Below, one piece after another: positions 24,990 through 37,668 of a stretch of DNA of 64,000 bases. Where the stretch lies: the NCBI GenBank assembly GCA_951406725.2, contig OX597830.1, forward strand, positions 11,222,001 to 11,286,000, in the 5' to 3' direction. The notes under the pieces are model-generated. The model had not been told where the DNA came from. It saw nothing but the letters and a program-made list of their open reading frames with translations, and made no database searches. Position 1 is the stretch's first letter; every line of letters starts with the position of its first letter. The stretch is from Octopus vulgaris (lineage: Eukaryota). Both the position numbers and the translations under genes were made by a program.

Positions 24990-27471
24990 AGGAAGTACTT
25001 ACAAACCTAGACCAGTGCCTTAATGTACTTCTGACCTTCTGATGGGTGACTTCAACTTCCCCAAAATTCGATGGCCTGACAGTGTCATAAAGAGGGCAAT
25101 CAGGAAGAATCTCAAGTAGATCTCATGGAAATGATGTTCATGGAGCAGACCATACTTTCCCCCAACTAAAAATAAGAACATCCCGGATATCTGCCTTACA
25201 AACAATATGGACCTTATCCACAACATAAACATATCACCGTCTACCCATCTAGACCTTAACATGATAGAACTGTCAATATATGGTCCAAAACTAATTAAAG
25301 AATCGTACAACAACTGTTGGGTCCCAAGCGCTGGCCAACCTGAACTTCTACAAGACTGGCTGGAAGTCCAAACAAAGAGATACTCCAGCAAAACTGGCTT
25401 AAAAGTCTGTCCATGCAAAATACTGACATGAAATTCAATGAATTCGTGTCAATAGTGCAAACCATATCCATTAAGTTTGTCTCAGAGAAGAAGGCCACCA
25501 CATATGAGAATATTATTCCCTGAGATAGAAGAATCCTAAAGAGACAGAGGATAAAGATCTCAAATCGCTTAAATAAGGAGCTTAATGACAGCAAAACGCC
25601 CTACCTCAAAATAGCACTCTTAGAGAGACTGAGAATAAAATCAGACTCTCCCATGAAAAAGAAAGGGTAAACAGAGAAGCCAGGGTGAAGGAAAATATAA
25701 AAAGAAACCCTAAGGTTTCTACAAGTTCATAAAAGAGCCTGCCTCAGTGTGATATGGGATAGGGCCACTGTTTGATGAAAAGGGCTCACTGGCTGCAGAC
25801 CCAAGAGGATAAGTGTAGTACTCAAAAAACAATTCCAAAGTGTTTTCACCTCCCCACTAGAAAACATGAAAATAAGCAGTTCTGATGAGTTCTTCGACAC
25901 CTCTAACCTACAAGAGAAAAAGGCAACCATCAATTACATTGACATTACAAGAGAGGATGTATTGTCGGCCGTTGTTGAGATAAACCCAAACTCTGCAACA
26001 GGCCCAGATGGACTCCCAGCAATTCTGTTAAAAACATGCAAGAAAGCTCTTGCAAAACCACTGCAAATGCTTTTCCAGAATTCCTTTGAGTGCGGTACAT
26101 TTCCTCAAACATTAAAAGAAGGAATAATCTGCCCTGTCCACAAAGGAGCAAGCAGAGCTATAAACTACAGGCCTATCTCTCTGACCTCACATGTCAGCAA
26201 GATCATGGAACACATTGTCAGAAAAAGACTGACCATGTTCCTAGAGGAAAATTACTCGCTTACAGACACGCAACATAGTTTCTGTTCTAACACAGCTGCT
26301 ACAGTACTTCGATTGGATACTAAAACAACAGCTCAACCATTCAAATGTGGCTGTGATATATCTCAATTTTGCTAAGGCCTTCGATAAAGTCGGTCATGTG
26401 ATGATATGTCACAAATTGCATGATCTTGGTATCACTGGTAGACTGGGAGAGTGGCTACACGATTCCCTGTTTGTGGTTGCTCTCTCGCACATGCCCTCAG
26501 CCATAGAGTCAACCGCGTTCACCAGCTACACCGATGATACAAAAGTATTGCAGGCAGTCAAGGATCCTACTAACAGAATGACCTGAATGCAATATATAAA
26601 TGGGCTGATGAGAATAATATTCAGTTCAATGGCTCAAAATTTCAAGTACTCCACTATCAGCCCACAGACAAACTACAGCTGAAGTACACTGGACCAACAG
26701 GCAACGTAATCCCAGAGTTAGAGTCGGTACGTGACCTGGGAATCCACATTAGCAATGACGAAACTTTCTATGTGCACATTGCTCAGATGGCAACACTATG
26801 CAGGCGAGTGGCAGGTTGGATCCTTAGATCCTTCAGGACCAGGAATAGAGACACAATGCTTCTGCTATGGAGAACCTTTGTCTTCTGTCGTCTGAGGACT
26901 GCTGCTCCCAACTGTGGTCCCCACAGAGTGTAAAACTAATTGCAGAACTAGAAGTGATTCAATGCCACTACACAAAGAAGATAGTCTCAGTAAAACACAT
27001 GGACTACTGGGAGAGATTGAAGGAGCTGGGACTCTATTCCCTGGAGAAGAGACACGAGAGATATGCCATACATATGGAAAATAATGGAGGGTCTAGCTCC
27101 AAATTTTGGAATCGAAATCTACAACAATCCCTGAACTGGATGGCACTGCACAGTACCAAAGGTCCCTTCCTCTCCATCGAGGATATGAACCCAATTTTGC
27201 AATAGCTTGGGATTCAAGGGATCACTACTTTTTAATGCCCTACCACAGAATATCAGGGTTCTACAAGGTTTAGACATGGAAGTCTTCAAAAAACGCCTAG
27301 ACAGTTTTTTATCTGCAATACCAGATGAACCCACATCATGGCTGGAGGCACAAAAAAGAGCAGCAACATCCAACTCACTTCTTCATCAGAAGCAATACTG
27401 GGAAAATCCCCAGATGCAGTAAAGGCAGTGCACCAGCATGGCCCCAGCCTCTGGTTGAAACCCATAAAAGA
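24990..27471 (+). mobile_element. Degenerate CR1/L2-group LINE (end of APE, RT, 3' tail)
   Basis: MGDFNFP, GPDGLPAILLK, NYRPISLTSHVSKIME, IYLNFAKAFDKV, YTDDTK, LKELGLYSLEKR fragments with frameshifts and stops. Confidence 0.9.
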
Positions 27472-27884
27472 TATGTATATATACATATGACGAGCGAAAC
27501 GCTCCCCATCCAATGGACAGTGCTGAGTTGTCAAACATTTAAACCTAATTTTCTCAAAACAACTTGTCCGACCGTCCCATAGGCCTCCCCTTTGAGAAAC
27601 ACTGATTTAACCTAAATTTGAGACACCAGCAAAAGAAGAAATAAAGATAGACTTTTTTTTCTATTCCAAAGAAAAACTATTTTATCCACACAAATATGCA
27701 ATCGAAGAGTTTAAAGTACCAGTAATGATAAGGCTGTTGACTGGGAGAACACAAACATGGTTTAAACAGTAAACTTGGCAGGAGAGAAACGTGCCTTTAA
27801 GCAGTACAAAAACAACAAAAAAATGGAAGGTGCAGTTATGTACAGGTTGACAGAAGAAAAGCAGGACAAAAATAAGCAAAAATT

Positions 27885-29130
27885 GGAAGCCAGTCAGGTG
27901 GTACTGGTATCAGCTACATTTGGATGCTACTTTTTATGTGCTACCAGCACAGGAGCTGGTCGGGGCAGTGGGGTGGTATTGACCACGTTTGGATTGTGCT
28001 TCTTACATGCCACCAGCACGGGGAGCCAGTCAGGCAGCACTGGCAACGACCCATGCATGAATGGTGCTTATTGTGTGTTACCAGCACGGGATCCAGTCAG
28101 GCGGCACTGGCATCGGCCACAACTACAATTTCCATTTTTGATTTCTATTTGATTCTGATTCTGATTTGTGATTTTTGATTTTACTTAACTCAATAGGTCT
28201 CAAGCACAGTGTATCACCTGATAATTCAAAGGTACTTTTTAAATGGGCTGGTTATGCGATACTGGTATAGGCTATGTCTGTGATCTCACTTTACCTGCCA
28301 GGTCTTCTCAATCATAACATATCTCCAGAGGTTTCAGTCTCTTGTCATTGCTTCTGTGAGGCCTAACGTTTGAAGGTCGTGCTTCTCCACCTCATCCCAT
28401 GTCTTCCTGGGTCAACCTCTTCCACAGGTTCCTTCCACTGTTTGGGAGTGACACTTCTTCACATAGCTGTCATCATCAATACGCAGCACATAACCACACC
28501 AGCACAGTTGTCTCTCTTGCTCACTACATCAGATGCTTCTTATGTCCAATATTTCTCTTGGGGAGCTTGCACTCTGTTGTATATGCACACTGACATTACA
28601 CATCCAGCAGATCATACTAGCTTCATTTCTTTCAAGCCTATGTATGTCCTCAACAGTCATGGCCCATGTTTCACTGCCGTATGGCATGGCCTTACACACA
28701 CATGCATCATACAGTCTACCTTTCGCTCTGAGCGAGAGGCTCTTTGTCACTGGTAGTGGTAGGAGCTTTCTGAACTTTGCCCAGGCTATTCTTATTCTAG
28801 AACCTACACTCTCAGAGCATCCCCCACCCCACTACAGGCTTAGTCACATAAGTAGTGGAAGCTATCTACTACTTCTAGTTCAACCCCACCCACCCGGCAT
28901 GTAATGGAATCTGTTTTCTGAGCATCTTCAGTGTTTATTTCTCCTGTTCATCTGCTGCATACAAAAGCTAACATCCCAGTTAAACTTCCTTTGATGTTGT
29001 TGCACCTCTTATGTGTCCATAGCTTACACTAGGTACATCTTATGGAGTTTCTACAGATCGAGCAGGGCCATCTACCTGAAGGGGTTTGTGATTTGTTTGC
29101 CTTCCTACTTACTAGGACCCTAAGGCCCTT
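27885..29130 (-). mobile_element. RTE LINE 3' portion, degenerate
   Basis: LSLRAKGRLYDACVCKAMPYGSETW peptide (28529-28750); homologous to 6500-7620. Confidence 0.85.
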
Positions 29131-29250
29131 TGATAACATAATTGATTGAAATCAATAAATTCTTTTATTCATTACAAATATTTTTAAATCATTTACAAGA
29201 CACCTATATCAATTTATCATTATTATGTTTTTTTTGGTTTTTTATTGCAG

Positions 29251-29277
29251 ATTTTAACATAATTACACCAAATGCCA
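29251..29277 (+). CDS. CUB-LDLa gene micro-exon 6 (27 nt, DFNIITPNA; CUB1-CUB2 linker)
   Basis: Long T-tract + TTGCAG acceptor, GTAAGT donor, symmetric phase 1/1, no stop. Confidence 0.75.
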
Positions 29278-29397
29278 GTAAGTAATGATACATTTTTTTA
29301 ATTATTCCTAATTAATCTTTCCTTTAGATATTGTGTTCTTTGTACAGAATATATTAAAGACTTTCACAAATGGCTCATAATAAGAAATTAGTTTTAA

Positions 29398-29617
29398 CCC
29401 TTTCGTTACCAACCCGGCTGAAACCGGCTCTGGCTCTGAATATAAATGTCTTGTTATCATAAGTTTTGAATTAAAATCTTCCACCAAACCTTAGTCACAA
29501 TTTATGTTCCTAACACTAGCTGAATGATAACCAAGTTATTTTACTAAATTCTTTGTTATATTTAAAGTAATTGAAAGAAACACAGAGCATCTCAATAGAA
29601 ATACAGTAATGAAAGGG
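29398..29617. mobile_element. piggyBac-like MITE with TTAA TSD
   Basis: TTAA|CCCTTTCGTTAC...GTAATGAAAGGG|TTAA; other copies at 12713 and ~38318-38510 (partial). Confidence 0.88.
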
Positions 29618-29989
29618 TTAAACTTGTTTCATTTTTAAACTTATTTCACCTAAATAGCTGAAAATCATTTGTAGTACCTTGAGAAGAGAAAATGAGAGGC
29701 ACTGTGTGGTGTAATCAGGAATGCAATTAACTAATTATGTATAGTTGAGTTCCATTTGTAAGTTTTGGAAAAGATTCTGAAGTAATAATAATTTTCAGTG
29801 GGATGGGCTCCTCGACCTGAAGAAAATTCAAACTGGGACCCACCTGCAAGGTCATGTGCTGTTTATCTGGTATGAGATCACCATGCATGAATGAGAGAAT
29901 GGTAGATTACAAGGAAAAGAGAGTTGGGGCAAGAATGTCACCTTACATGACACGATTCTCTAGAGGAATGCATTTAGCAGTAACCTGGA

Positions 29990-30540
29990 CAAGACTTCTG
30001 TAATATTCCAAACTGTTCCTGGAAACCCATCCATTTTTTTGAAGACATTACTGAAAGTGGTAGACAGTTTGTGTTTGTGTACCTGGGCAGCACACTCATC
30101 ATCTTGTTCCTTGGATGATGAAATATATCTAAGGCTTCAGAAGACAACTGATCCCTTCAGGGCCATTGAGTCTCGTGTTTGGTTCTAACATAAGGCAAGC
30201 AAATGCTGTGTACTATGTCACTCTTTTACTTGTGATGTCACTATTACTTGTGCTCATGTCACTCTTACTTGTGCTCATGTCACTCTTACTTGTGCTCATG
30301 TCACTCTATTCCTCGTGTGAGACATCATCAACTAACATCCACTTTTTATGCCCTTGAATGCTTCAATCAAATAAGTCTGAAATATATTCTGAATGTTAGC
30401 TTATCGTTTTGGGCTCCAGATACATAAGCCTTGAAAGGAACTTACACTCGGAGCATTGAGGTAATGGTGCACAAGCACCATTTATGTACGCCCGGACACC
30501 TTTTTTGGACGATAGATTGAAAGATTCCTAAACAGATGGT
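29990..30540 (+). pseudogene. Old RTE-like RT remnant containing a 21-bp tandem repeat (~30215-30305)
   Basis: LKVVDS..YLGSTL-like residues; ATGTCACTCTTACTTGTGCTC x~4. Confidence 0.5.
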
Positions 30541-30544
30541 ATCT

Positions 30545-30945
30545 TTTTTTTCTTACTTGTTTCAGTCATTTTGACTGCGGCCATGCTGGAGCACCACCTT
30601 TAATCGAGCAACTCGACCCCAGGACTTATTCTTTGTAAGCCCAGTACTTATTCTATTGGTCTCTTTTGCCGAACCGCTAAGTGACGGGGACATAAACACA
30701 CCAACATCAATTATCAAGCAATGTTGGGGGGACAAACACAGACACACAAACATACACGCACACACATATATATACATATATACGACGGGCTTCTTTCAGT
30801 TTCCGTCTACCAAATCCACTCACAAGGCTTTTGTCGGCCTGAAGCTATAGTAGAAGACACTTGCCCAAGGTGCCACGCAGTGGGACTGAACCCAGAACCA
30901 TGTGGTTGGTAAACAAGCTACTTACCACACAGCCACTCCTACGCT
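30545..30945 (-). mobile_element. SINE family A (antisense)
   Basis: Reverse complement of the family A consensus. Confidence 0.9.
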
Positions 30946-31309
30946 ATGTAGAAAACTTGTTTATAGAAAGTACTCTATTGGAAATCAAAGCTACAATTTA
31001 AGGATTGTATAAAATCCATGTTGAAAGCATGTGGAATATGGGAAGTCAATTGTCAACATGGGTCAACATGGGTATTCTGAAAAACACATTTTTCATGCAG
31101 AATTTAACTGATCTGCTTGAACGCACACTGCTGGTGTGGTGAATAGTTGAAGCTTGGTCTGCAGATGTATATATTTATCAACAGCTGGAATCATTAGTCA
31201 CCAGTAAAACCATGAGTGCAAAGTATAGATTTGTGTGAGTGCACAATATTTTTAATGGCCAGTGATGGCCTTTCTCAGTCACGAGTAGCAGCCATCATAT
31301 ATATATCTA

Positions 31310-31704
31310 CTAGCAGTACCGCCCGGCGTTGCTCGGGTTTGTAAGGGAAATAACTATATAAGCATTTTTAGAGATGTAAAGTATAATAGCCATCTCAATA
31401 TGGCTAACCACAAAGGGGGTGGTTACTGTAGCTTTTTACGTTCTGAGATTTAATAATAAATTTTTAGAGAGTTACTTCCCTTATATATGCCAAAAATGCA
31501 TTAAAAATGGGAAAAATTGATGGTAAATTCTTTTTAAAATCGTAGACTCATCGTAGATGCGCGCTAATACCCAGAAGGGCTCGATATGAATCACGACTAT
31601 AAGATACCCGGTTTTGGTTAAACTGCACTGCAAAATGTGGGAGTAGTTAGGAATCTAAATCGTAGGAGACAGACAGCACACAACCTTTCTTTTATATATA
31701 AAGA
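31310..31704 (-). mobile_element. Non-autonomous Helitron
   Basis: On the minus strand: 5' TCTTTATATATAAAA; 3' hairpin CCCGAGCAACGCCGGG then CTAG; inserted between A and T with no TSD. Confidence 0.85.
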
Positions 31705-32594
31705 TGATAGAGTGTCTGTCCATCTATATGAAGAAAGTCTACAGCATCTATATAAAAAATTAAAATCTCATTTATGTGTAAAAATTTACACTGAACCCAA
31801 TGGAAGTTGTCCTGAGTCTCTACGTGTTCTAATAAACTTACCTACCCTTTTCCAACATCTTAGACATAGCGTAGCTCCAAAATAAATGACCTGTCTAAGG
31901 GAGATAATTATATATGTATTTCATTGGTTTTTCCGAAATTACCTGTCTAAAGGGAGATAATTATGTTTTTAAATATTTTTCTCCCTATAAACACGTTATA
32001 AAAAAAATTTGAAAATTTATGATTTTTTTTTATTTCTGATCTGCACTATACAGGGCTGGATTTATAGGGGCCCACCAGGGGCAATTTCCACAGGCATCTA
32101 GATTAAGGTGGGGGGGCTGCTAAGAAGGGTATGTAGCACTAAATACAGGGATCCTCCACGCACCTCCCAGGTATCAAGCATGAGAGGCTCTCTTTCAATA
32201 CATAAAGACATCTTGACTTGTTAAAAAATGTGATGGGTCCTCTTTTTATGATAAATAAAAATAGATTTTGCCAGTTAGAGACAACAGATATTTCAATTAA
32301 AAAAAACAATTTATACCCAGTCCCAAAGCACTTACAATTCTCGAGGGAATTGTAGCTACTTTTGGGATATCAGAGAAAAAGAAAAGAACAGAACGCTCTT
32401 GAAAGTGTATATATATATATATGTAACTGTGAGTGTGTGTGGTTGTGTGTGTAAGTACGAATGTATAAAGAGATTAAAAAATTAGTCTCTAGGCCAAATT
32501 CCTTTCAATGCATGATTTAGCTTGACCTTGGCTTGACCAATAGCAGTTAAAGTCACACACACACCCTTCTACTTCTAACCTACTTTTATTTTAT

Positions 32595-33065
32595 AATAAT
32601 AATGAAATTATTGTATACAGTACTCAGGTGCACCACAACTTGTCAGAAAGTGTGTATAAAGTATATGCAGTAATGTAGAAATGTCTGGAAAGTGAACAGT
32701 GTATGAGTCAGATACATGCTTGTGTGTGTGTATGGAGGGGAGAAAGATCAGGTGTAGTGTTGGCAAATCTCAGAAAGCATGGAAGTTTTGAAGGATGCAG
32801 TGCTCTGACAACTAACAACTGATGCCCGCAGTTTGTTCCATGCTTCAGCAACTCTCAGCGTGAAAAAATGTTTCCTAAAGTCATGGGAGCTGTGTTGTTT
32901 TCGGACTTTGTAAATATGTCCACGGGTGTTAGACGGGTGGAGTTTGAAAAGGTGCTCAGAGTTATTGTTTGTAAGATGGTTGATAATTTTATGGGTGTCT
33001 GCCAAGTCAGCTGCCAGACATCAGAGTTTCAATGTGTCCATGCCCAGGGAAGTAAGGCGTTCAGA
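32595..33065 (-). mobile_element. CR1-type LINE 3' fragment
   Basis: NTRGHIYKV..RKHFFTLRVAEAWNKL motif; second copy at 55295-55570. Confidence 0.85.
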
Positions 33066-33454
33066 ATATGTAACTCTGAGTGTGTGTAAGGACGAATGCA
33101 TGACTGATCTTGACCTTGGCTTGACCAATAGCAGTTAAAGTCACACACACACTCTTCTACTTCTAACCTACTTTTATTTTATGAAGCAAGTTAATAAAGA
33201 AAACTTTTGAATTCAGTTTTAATTATAAAATTACATCTCTCAACGGCTAAAAGCATTCTTTTCCAGCTTTAGAATTATTGCCTTCAAATGTTTCATTAAA
33301 TGGAACCTTTTTTCTTTCTTATTTTTTCATATATTTTTCGTAAGTCTGTCAAACACCTAGAATTACTTACTACATAGAAGTGGGGCAGAATAGGTAACTG
33401 GATCAAAATGAATAATTTGTGATTTCTTATTTTCTCTCATTTTGTACCATTGCG

Positions 33455-34802
33455 GGATCTGTCCAGTTTTGCTCACAAATTTTTTAATTATTTATTTTTT
33501 TTAACTAAACAGTTTGAAGCTTCGTATGCTGGTGTAATTTCTCATGTTGAATATGGTTTACTTTCAACCGTATTTTAGAAGTTATTTCATGTTAAAGTTG
33601 TCGTATTTGGGTAATTTTAACCAATCAACATGTATTCAGTTGAACGCTATTGCTGTTTGCAATAGGAATTGAAGAGGAACAACATCCAGGTCATCTCTAC
33701 TAAATGTCCCCACTCTCTCTCTTTTTTCTCTTTCTCTTTTACTTGTTTCAGTCATTTGACTGTGGCCATGCTGGAGCACCGCCTTTAATCGAGCAACTTG
33801 ACCCCGGGACTTATTCTTTGTAAGCCTAGTACATATTCTATCGGTTTCTTTTGCCAAACCGCTGAGTGACAGGGACATAAACACACCAGCATCGGTTGTC
33901 AGGCGATGTTGGATGGGACAAACACAGACACACAAACATACATGCACATACATATATATATATACATATATACGATGGGCTTCTTTCAGTTTCCCTCTAC
34001 CAAATCCACTCACAAGGCTTTGGTCGGCCTGTGGCTATAGTAGAAGACACTTGCCCAAGGTGCCATGCAGTGGGACTGAACCTGGAACCATGTGGTTGGT
34101 AAACAAGCTACTTACCACTCAGCCACTCCTGTGCCTATTTTTGTTTACTGCTTGTGTTGCATATTACATGCTTTCTTTTTTTCTTTTTTTTTTGGTTCTC
34201 ATGTCAGAGTAACCATTAAAGAATCAACACCAAGAAGGAAGAAATATTATTTACATATATTTATTTGTTTGCCTGACATGTAGTTAGAGATACAGCAGTA
34301 ACTATAGTGGCAGCGACAAATTAGCTCGCTGGTTGGTAGTTAATAGGGTAGAAGTGACTGTCTACCAATAGAGAGGGAAAGAGTAAGGAATGCGCGATGC
34401 TGACTAGAAAGGAAGAAAGGACAAAGGTGGCATCGTCTTTCTTGCAGCTGAAAGCTTCTCTTTTGAGTCAGCTATGACCAAGGAGCAATACTTTCTCTTT
34501 GCCCTTTGCTTGGCATACTAATAGAACAATGTGGTAACATTTGGTAGAGATGACCCAGAAGTTGTTCTTCTTCGATTACTATCGCAAACAGCAGTAGCTT
34601 TCAACTGAATATATGTCGTTGATTGGTTAAAATTACCCAAATACAACTTTAACACGAAATAACTTCTGAAATATGAAATTTTGTCAGAAATGTTGAAAGT
34701 AAACCATGTTCAGTGTGAGAAATTATATCAGTATCTGAAATTTCCAGCTGTTTAGTTAAAAAAAAATAATTTCAAAATCTGAGAGCGAAATTGAACAGAT
34801 CC
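33455..34802. mobile_element. Non-autonomous DNA element with ~170-bp imperfect TIRs (GGATCT...AGATCC) and a nested SINE
   Basis: 33455-33630 is inverted at 34620-34802; flanks CCATTGCG/CCATTGCA; same GGATCT termini as the 10784 element. Confidence 0.8.
33725..34135 (-). mobile_element. SINE family A nested in the TIR element
   Basis: Reverse complement of family A. Confidence 0.9.
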
Positions 34803-35275
34803 CCATTGCATCATCTTTGGGAGTAAAATTTGCTCTGTATAGGTTACGTAGTTGGGAGTAAAAATGGGTCAAAATACTTTACATCAGAGGTTCTCAACTG
34901 GGGTCCATATAAAATTTCTAGAGGTGCACAGATGAAATGCAGTAAATTGGAAGTCCACAATAATTTTTTAGGGGCCATTTCCTATTTGGAAGCCTCTTAA
35001 TGTGTTTTAATGTACACAATATTTTTATGTGAATAATATATAGTCTATTGACTTTTTTTTGTGTGCTAGGTCACTGGTAATAATAATTTCTATAATTCAT
35101 AATATTATTTATTATGTTCAAATTTTTTTTGATAAATTTGTTCGGAATTTTACTGGCATCCCCCCTATTACTGGAAATAAGCTGCATCTGCACAGTGGTT
35201 TTGAAAAGTTAGGATATACAGGCAGCTAGTTTACATGTGGATCTAGTTGTGTGTATATTTGAAATCTAAAGGCTA

Positions 35276-35342
35276 CCTACTGATGAAGACTGGCCTCAGT
35301 AAATATTTTTTTACTGGAATTAGTCAGAAACCATGGTCTAGG
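35276..35342 (+). ncRNA. Minimal type I hammerhead ribozyme (Penelope-like-element type)
   Basis: CCTA-CTGATGA-A-GACTGG..(CAGTAAA/TTTACTG)..TTAGTC-A-GAAA-C[CATG]GTC-TAGG; palindromic stem III; predicted cut after C35338. Confidence 0.7.
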
Positions 35343-35429
35343 AACTAAATTAGATGGTAAACGTTTTTAATTTTCATTCCTTTCGAGACTTTATCCCTAA
35401 TTAGTGGTTTGAGTTTTTTACTGCTGTTT

Positions 35430-36360
35430 CTAGCACAAGGCCACAGAGGGCACCTGTGGGTGACAATGCCCAGGCAGGACCGCTTCATCCACCTGCAACA
35501 CCTCTATGATCGCTTCAGGCTGGCCAGCATGACAGCTTGCAAGACCATTGGCACAGGACAGCAACAACACGGTACGACGTCGACTGGCTGCCAACAACCT
35601 GCGTTGTCGTCATCCTGCTCGAGGGCCTGCCCTCACCATCAGGCATGACTACAGTGGGCTACACAGCACCAACATTGCTACAGAGAGGCATGAGTCATGG
35701 AGAGAGATGTGTCGGGTGGCCAAAGCATCATGGTTTGGGGTGCTATAGGCCTGAATCAGAGAATTGGCCCCCATGTGTTCCAAAATGTTGCTACAGGCTG
35801 AGGGAATGGCATCAGCCCAGCGCTATGTTGACCAGATCCTAAGACCTCACATCATGCCATGTGTTCCAGCAGGACAATGCTCCCTCTTACACAGCCAGAG
35901 ACACCACAGACTTCCTGCATCCGTACAACATCAGAACCATGCCATGGCTGGCTCTCGGCCTAGATTTGAACCCAAATGAACACCTGTGAGATGAAATCCA
36001 GAGACAGCTGAACGAGGTGGCAGTCCCAAGGCCACGTGGAACTGGAGGCAGCTTTCTTCAGGGTGTGGGAACAGGTGCCAATGGCTTTTGTTAACCACCT
36101 CATGCACTCCATGTACCGATGGTGTATGACCATTTTGAACACCCAGGGAAAGCATACATGGTACTGACCATGTCACATCCTACAATCTCGATGTGCTGGA
36201 TTTTCCCACTACCTGAACACACGACACTGACCCATGGACTGTGGTCAAAGTGCATCCAAGAAATTGACTTTATCAGATTTATCAAAAATTATCTCTGACA
36301 TAATGAAATTAAAACATATTTCACAGTCACACATTCTCACATTTCTTTTGCGGTTCAATG
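35430..36360 (+). mobile_element. Decayed Tc1-like transposase relic
   Basis: VTMPRQDRFIHLQHLYDRF, QQDNAP and W..LGLDLNPNEHL (cf. WPA.SPDLNPIEH). Confidence 0.8.
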
Positions 36361-37435
36361 TATATACCTGACAGGTAAGGAGATTTATAACATCATGTCA
36401 TTACAGTACCTTCATTTAAAACAAGTGCTTCTGCTCTATAATTCACATCAAGATCCGTTTCGTTCATTCATGCCTCCTCTTGATAGCTATGCTACCTCAA
36501 GACAAGATATTTCAAGTACCTGAGCGCCAAAGTCGGTCAGTGTTGTCGTACTCTACCACGTTTGTTATTTATCCAAATTATTTTTTGGATATTTTAAGCT
36601 CTATTACTTATATTACTATAAGTATTATTTATTTTACTGGACAGAAAGAAGTTTATAGATTCACATTATATCGGAATTTGGGATCTAGTCTTTCCCATTC
36701 ACAAAATGAGCCCTCTTCCATCCCCCCACCCACCTCCACTTAATTTTGCTCAGATTGCTTTCAATTTTGGTGTATCAATGCAATTCTTAATTTTGATTAT
36801 GATCAACCAATTACTTTATCTCGTAAATTATGGAATCTGATGTTATTTGGAATTAAGGTTGGGAAATTTGGGTAACTTTAGCCAATCAACAGACAGTGTG
36901 GCATTAGCTGCTTGTTACCATGACAACCACACGCTGTGTTGTGGTTCATTGTTGTCTGTGCTGCTGTTGTCTATGTTTGTTTTTCACACTTAATTCTTCA
37001 CACCACGAGATTCTTTTCACCCACGTGTTTTGCTTTAATTTTTACTGTGTGTTAGTATTTTTTCTGTGCTTTTTCTGTGTGTTAGTATTTTACCATATTT
37101 TTCGTTTCATATATCTTGGGGACTCATTGACTCTATTCACACACTACAGGAGCCCAAATGCAAATCTGAAAGTGTGCATAATACTACCCTGGTATATCAG
37201 CAGTTGGCCATGCAACACATCTCCCCTCTCCACCGCTACCAGTTTTGTCCAAAGGAAGGGCAGAAGCCAAATATGACTTGGCACCAGTGGGGCCACAGGA
37301 GTTGCCAGAATGGGGTTGTCTACAGCATTGAACTCTGGCTCTTGATTAATCCTTGGGGTTCACTCCCAAAGCCTTTCTTTTAAATGGGTATTGCTGCATT
37401 GCTTTTAAATGGGTATTGCTGCATGGGTATTGCAT

Positions 37436-37668
37436 TGGCGGCAAGCTGGCAGAAACGTTAGCACGCCGGGCGTAATGCTTAGCGGTATTTTGTCTGCCGT
37501 TACGTCCTGGGTTCAAATTCCGCTAAGGTCGACTTTGCCTTTCATCCTTTCGGGGTCGATTAAATAAGTACCAGTTACACACTGGGGTTGATATAATTGA
37601 CTTAATCCGTTTGTCTGTCCTTGTTTATCCTCTCTGTGTTTAGCCCCTTGTGGGCAGTAAAGAAATAG
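37436..37668 (+). mobile_element. tRNA-derived SINE family D (Meta/Nin-like central domain)
   Basis: GGCGGCAAGCTGGCAGAA..GGTTCAAATTCC head; GCCTTTCATCCTTTCGGGGTCGAT..AGTACCAG domain; GGTATTG(CT)GCAT duplicated on the flanks. Confidence 0.85.
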
